A stretch of DNA of 61,702 nucleotides, the filler included, from Chthonomonadaceae bacterium (lineage in GTDB: Bacteria; Armatimonadota; Chthonomonadetes; Chthonomonadales; Chthonomonadaceae), in assembly GCA_035650735.1 (NCBI GenBank). It is 4 parts of 4 records of this genome, joined end to end, with 100 filler letters (N's around TTAATTAATTAA, not from the genome) between each part and the next. Parts side by side here need not be neighbours in the genome. Positions count along the whole stretch, not along the records: positions 47,622 to 61,702 come from DASRGZ010000101.1; 3 more parts are not named here. One strand, written 5' to 3'. Made by a program: the position numbers and the translations under genes. Positions 57,557 to 61,702 of this stretch are shown here, piece by piece. The notes below the pieces were generated by a model. It was not told where the DNA came from. It ran no database searches and saw only the letters and a program-made list of their open reading frames with translations. How positions within the stretch are numbered: the first letter of the stretch is position 1; each line of letters starts with the position of its first letter.

Positions 57557-58441
57557 CTAGCTTACGGGCGCCGCCACGCCCTCCGGCGGAGGCGCGCTGA
57601 TCGGCTGTCCGCCCGCCGCGCCGATGCGCAGCAGGGCATCGGTGACGATCAGGCCGGGCATCATGCGGGTAAATTCCGAGACCATATATTCCAGCGTGTC
57701 GAACTCCGCCGGGTCGCCCAGCGCCGCCCGAATCTCCTGTTCGTGAATCTCGACCTGCGGGCGCAGGCGCGCTTCCGCCTCCTGGCCCATCCGGGCGATC
57801 TCTTCCTGCAAGCTCCGATACTCCGGGCGATTAAGACACGGCTTGATGTCGTCCCAGGCAGGCTGAAGGAACTGCGGCCACTTCGCCAGCGCCTCGTAGT
57901 CCGCGCTGATCACCGGAACGTCAAGCGTCCGCCGGATATCCTCATAAAGCTGCAGGATCATATCGGAGGCTTGCCGCTCCTCGATAAGGTGCATCTCCGG
58001 CTGGCGATAGCGCTGCGGCAGCAGGCGTGGATGGGCCGGGCCGCTCTGCCCGGCGGCCTCCCAGCGCAGGATGCGGCTCAGGGCCGCCTGCTGAATCAGC
58101 AGCTGCGGGTTGCCGAACTCAAAGGCATCCAGCTCCCACTGGATACGCGCCCGCTCCTCGTCGGTTAAAACAGGGTTGAAGTTGGGGCGATACCAGCGGC
58201 TTGCCTCTCGATAGGCGTGCTCTGTGATGCTGAGCGCATCGTTGAGGAACTCCTCGGTCGCCACTGCGGGCCGCAGGCGCTCCCAGAAAAGCTGCATGAC
58301 ATCCGGGTAGAGGCCGTAGGCCAGCCAGTTCGTCGGCGGCCAGGGAATGGCCATCGTATCCTGAATATCATCCAGCAGTGCCTTCACTTGCGCCGGCGCG
58401 GTCTTTCTTCCCACCGGTCGGATCTGTGGTTTGTCAGGCAT
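57557..58441 (-). CDS. DehI-like (group I alpha-haloacid dehalogenase) family protein
   Basis: Two internal repeats (DDIQDTMAIPW..YP..W; YEDIRRTLDVPVISADYEALAKWP); AAGGAG RBS before ATG 58441. Confidence 0.72.
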   Translation of the reverse strand: MPDKPQIRPVGRKTAPAQVKALLDDIQDTMAIPWPPTNWLAYGLYPDVMQLFWERLRPAVATEEFLNDALSITEHAYREASRWYRPNFNPVLTDEERARIQWELDAFEFGNPQLLIQQAALSRILRWEAAGQSGPAHPRLLPQRYRQPEMHLIEERQASDMILQLYEDIRRTLDVPVISADYEALAKWPQFLQPAWDDIKPCLNRPEYRSLQEEIARMGQEAEARLRPQVEIHEQEIRAALGDPAEFDTLEYMVSEFTRMMPGLIVTDALLRIGAAGGQPISAPPPEGVAAPVS

Positions 58442-58715
58442 TTTGGCTGTTCTCCTTACCCACTCCCTTGCTAGGGGAATCCCATCCCGCATCGGAATGG
58501 TCTGGCGCATTTACCTGCAAACCGGACGAGTCACCGGCGCATTTTGTTGACTTTTTTCCGCCTTGCTTCTCACATGATCGAACGCAGACGGCAAGGGGAA
58601 GATAAGGAGACCATCGGCCCGTGCCTGAGCCAGCGATCTGGGAGAGGTTCCGTCAGCAAGGGGAACATAAGCAGATCATCGGCCTGTCCTACGCCACGAA
58701 AGGAAGACTGAGGCG

Positions 58716-60275
58716 ATGCCTTATCCGCAATTCGACTACGATATAATCATCCTCGGCGGCGGCTCGGCGGGTATTGTTGCCGGCGTGATGGCGGGCGGCC
58801 TGGGAATGCGCGTCCTCCTGATCGAGAAGGAAAAGATGGGCGGGGAGTGCCTGAACACCGGATGCGTGCCCAGCAAAGCGCTGCTGCATGCCGCCAGCGT
58901 GGTCCATGCCCTGCGGACGGCCGCCTCGGTGGGGCTGAAATCGTGCGCGGTATCGCGGGAAGAGGCCGCCGGAGCGCTTGCCTATGCGCGCGAAACCATT
59001 GCCAGAGTCCGCGACGCCGACGCTACGGAGCAACTGCTGGGCAAGTACGGCGTCACTATCCGCTTCGGCAATGCCTCGTTTCAGGACGCGCACACGCTCA
59101 TGCTGGAGGAGCAGGCGATCCGGGCGGCAAACTTCCTCCTTGCCACCGGCTCTAGCCCGGCCCAACCGGATATTCCGGGGCTCAAAGAGGTCGGCTACCA
59201 CACCAACCAGACCATTTTCGACCTGGAAACCGTTCCCGAAACGCTGCTGGTCGTGGGCGGCGGGCCTGTCGGGGTGGAGATGGCGCAGGCGTTTCATCGG
59301 CTTGGAAGCCAGGTTATCCTGATACAGCGCGCGGATCGGCTGTTGCCGCGTGACGATAGCGAACTGACAATGGCGCTGGAAGCGATGCTGCGCGCCGAGG
59401 GGATGGATATCCGCTTACAGACCACGCTAACCGCCGTGCGATGGGAAAACGGGCGGCGTGTCGCCACGCTCATGCAGGACGGCAACGCAAGCGAGGTTGT
59501 CTGCGAGGAGATTCTGCTGGGCGTCGGGCGGGTTCCCAATCTGGAGGGGCTGAATCTCGCTGCCGCCGGTGTCGCCTTCGACCCGCAAGGTATCCCGGTG
59601 GACAGCCGCCTGCGCACCTCCGCCCCCAACATCTATGCCTGCGGCGATGTGCTGGGCAAGTACCAGTTCTCCCACATGGCCGAGTACGAGGCGAAGATTG
59701 CGGTGCGCAATATCGTCTTTCCGGGCGCGTCCCGCACCTCGTTCCGTATTGATCCCTGGACGACGTTTACCGAGCCGGAACTGGCGCATGTGGGTCTGAC
59801 GGAGGACGAGGCCAGAGCGCAGGGGATCGTCTACGATGTCTGCCGACAGTCCTTCGCCCAGGATGACCGTGCGCTTACGGAGGACGCAGGCAAAGGCATG
59901 GTGAAGGTGCTCACGCAGGGATGGAGCGGCAAAATCCTGGGCGCGCACATTCTCGGCCCGCGTGCGGGCGAGTTGATCCAGGAGTGGACGCTGGCGATGG
60001 AGCAGGGCCTTTCCATTCGGGCTATCGCCGACCTGATTCATGTCTATCCGACGCTCTCGATGGCCAGCCAGCACGCCGCGCAGCGCTGGTATGAGCAGAA
60101 GGCCGAGCAACCTCTCGTCCGAACCGTGCTCCAGGCGTATGTGAATGTCGTCCGCCCGCGCCAGACCGCCCTCGTCCTGGGCCTGATCGGCGGGGGGCTT
60201 CTGGGGATAGGGGTCGGCCTGGCGCGCAAATTCACCCGGCAGAGATCCGGGCAGTTGAACCACCCGCTGCGCTAG
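58716..60275 (+). CDS. Class I pyridine nucleotide-disulfide oxidoreductase (Lpd/MerA-like) with C-terminal hydrophobic tail
   Basis: GGGSAG, GGECLNTGCVPSK, GGGPVG, IYACGD, HVYPT. Confidence 0.9.
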   Translation: MPYPQFDYDIIILGGGSAGIVAGVMAGGLGMRVLLIEKEKMGGECLNTGCVPSKALLHAASVVHALRTAASVGLKSCAVSREEAAGALAYARETIARVRDADATEQLLGKYGVTIRFGNASFQDAHTLMLEEQAIRAANFLLATGSSPAQPDIPGLKEVGYHTNQTIFDLETVPETLLVVGGGPVGVEMAQAFHRLGSQVILIQRADRLLPRDDSELTMALEAMLRAEGMDIRLQTTLTAVRWENGRRVATLMQDGNASEVVCEEILLGVGRVPNLEGLNLAAAGVAFDPQGIPVDSRLRTSAPNIYACGDVLGKYQFSHMAEYEAKIAVRNIVFPGASRTSFRIDPWTTFTEPELAHVGLTEDEARAQGIVYDVCRQSFAQDDRALTEDAGKGMVKVLTQGWSGKILGAHILGPRAGELIQEWTLAMEQGLSIRAIADLIHVYPTLSMASQHAAQRWYEQKAEQPLVRTVLQAYVNVVRPRQTALVLGLIGGGLLGIGVGLARKFTRQRSGQLNHPLR

Positions 60276-60339
60276 AGGTACGGAGACACAGAGGCATAAC
60301 ACGGAGAAAAACGCGGGTGGTTCCAATCGCGCGCTTCTT

Positions 60340-61197
60340 TCAGCGCCACCACAGTGAGGCCAGGAAGCAGCCCGTAAACCAGAGGGAATAGAACGTTTCG
60401 CCCAGGCCGACCCGCTTGAGCGGCGGCAGTTTGTTGGAGAGAGTCGCCCAGCCCCGGAAGGCGCGCAGGAGAGCCGGTAGGTAGGCGATTGCCGCCAGCG
60501 CCGCGCCCGTCCCACCTTGCAACGCCGCTGCCGCCGTCACGACGCAAGCCAGCAGGAGATGGTAGAGGAGGTTATCGCGGCCCACGCGCCAACGGTCTCC
60601 GGGCGTAAAGGCGCCTTTGACCTTCACGGCGGCTAGCAGCATCTTGACGAAGAAAATGCTGCTGCTGAAATAGAAAGTGCAGGCGGCCCATAGGTACCAG
60701 GCTCGGCCATCCAGCGAGCCGCGCGCTACCACATAGGCGGCGGGAGCCGTCAGCGCCAGCGCGCCCACCGCCAGTATCTCCCCCCATTGCGAGCGATCCA
60801 GCCGCCGCCGAGCCGGCCAGAGGAGCAGCAGCGCATGCAGCGCGAAGAGTCCGGCGGCCAGCAGACCAATCGGCAGCAGCGCCATGCGGTGATAGACCAG
60901 GAACAGCGGCAGCGCGCTCAGTGCGGCGGTAGCGGTATAGATGCCGAGCCACAACGCCGTTCCTTCCGTTCCGCGCCGCCGAAGGAGCAGACCCGCTGCC
61001 TCGCGCCACAGGAAGAGGGCTGTGACGGCCAGGACAAGCAGCAGTGAGGGCATCCAGGCGAAGGGCAGGGTCGCGGCCAGCGCGATCAGCAGCGGCATAT
61101 ACAGGATGACCCAGGCTCCGTGTTCGTGAGGTATGGGCGGGCGGCTGATGCGCAGGCCAGGCGTCGTTGCAGGTAAGGCAGGAGTTTGCGTGCTCAT
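60340..61197 (-). CDS. YwiC-like membrane protein
   Basis: IPHEHGAW N-terminal motif, FFVK, LKRVGLGE; multi-TM. Confidence 0.85.
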   Translation of the reverse strand: MSTQTPALPATTPGLRISRPPIPHEHGAWVILYMPLLIALAATLPFAWMPSLLLVLAVTALFLWREAAGLLLRRRGTEGTALWLGIYTATAALSALPLFLVYHRMALLPIGLLAAGLFALHALLLLWPARRRLDRSQWGEILAVGALALTAPAAYVVARGSLDGRAWYLWAACTFYFSSSIFFVKMLLAAVKVKGAFTPGDRWRVGRDNLLYHLLLACVVTAAAALQGGTGAALAAIAYLPALLRAFRGWATLSNKLPPLKRVGLGETFYSLWFTGCFLASLWWR

Positions 61198-61324
61198 ATT
61201 GTTATGGGGATAGCGCTGCCGTTCCGCGTGGTTGCCACTGGAAGGCTCACATTCTAATCACGATTCAGGCAGTGCTGCCTATTTTGGTCCTACTACCAAA
61301 TTATAGCCGATCTCAGCTCCCAAA

Positions 61325-61379
61325 GGTTAAGGAAAATTAAGGTTAGGTTAATGCGATTTTAAGCTCGTCCCTCTATAAT
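61325..61379 (+). promoter_or_regulatory. Putative activator-dependent promoter
   Basis: TTAA(GG) repeats at 61327, 61337, 61348; TATAAT at 61374-61379; no canonical -35. Confidence 0.5.
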
Positions 61380-61429
61380 GCGGACATATATCTCATTTCT
61401 TCCTACCAGGACCGCGAAGAGGGGCTTCT

Positions 61430-61702
61430 ATGAAGACTTCCTGGCTTATCAGCATAGTGTTGTTGTTCGCTGGAAGCATCATTTCTCCTATTGCACAGGC
61501 ACAAAACCCCCAGGCTGGCGACTCCATCTCAAAGACCGCAACAGCGGCTCCTGGTAAAAATGCGCTGGCCCCCGACATCAAGGCAGCGGCTCTCTGGGAT
61601 GGACGCCGCCTCACTCCCTTCCGCGCTGCCAACTTCCCCAAGATGGTCAAGGCCGCCGACGCCGACTTTCTCGATGACGATGAGTACGTCCTGGGCATCA
61701 CC
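61430..61702 (+). CDS. Secreted protein, DUF3179-like (3' end outside window)
   Basis: Not in ORF track; MKTSWLISIVLLFAGS... signal peptide and PKMVKAADADFLDDDEYVLGIT motif. Confidence 0.7.
   Translation, partial: MKTSWLISIVLLFAGSIISPIAQAQNPQAGDSISKTATAAPGKNALAPDIKAAALWDGRRLTPFRAANFPKMVKAADADFLDDDEYVLGIT

Noticed and set aside
58716..60275. Mercury resistance (merA)
   Set aside because: No C-terminal Cys pair, no NmerA domain and no other mer genes.

Overview
GC-rich bacterial chromosomal DNA made of four draft contigs joined by artificial N-TTAATTAATTAA-N linkers (14104-14203, ~29286-29385, 47522-47621), so adjacency across these gaps is not real evidence. Gene content and repeat style suggest Armatimonadota (inference only). 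Core genes: greA, gpsA, uvrB, plsC, polA. Accessory genes: sugar/redox enzymes (GH36, UxaA, FAH, AKR, SDR, Gfo/Idh/MocA, GT2/GT4, SLBB export protein), crcB-DUF190, a DUF433/PIN toxin-antitoxin pair, and an rtcB-archease-PEBP-erythromycin esterase-DehI cluster. No rRNA, tRNA, cas gene or canonical CRISPR array was recognised. Most notable observations: (1) a 518-aa LAGLIDADG+HTH intein in the Walker A motif of UvrB; (2) a dehydrogenase gene broken by a 36-bp foreign insert between exact 31-bp duplications, the geometry expected of off-target CRISPR spacer integration; (3) four tandem paralogous exported proteins behind a perfect-consensus promoter; (4) a 63-aa peptide with five periodic NR[V/I] motifs; (5) an ADP-ribosylglycohydrolase-like protein with degenerate catalytic motifs; (6) structured leaders at greA and the SLBB gene; (7) a clean 103-bp MITE and several nested intergenic repeat families. 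All family assignments are from motif recognition by eye, not database searches.
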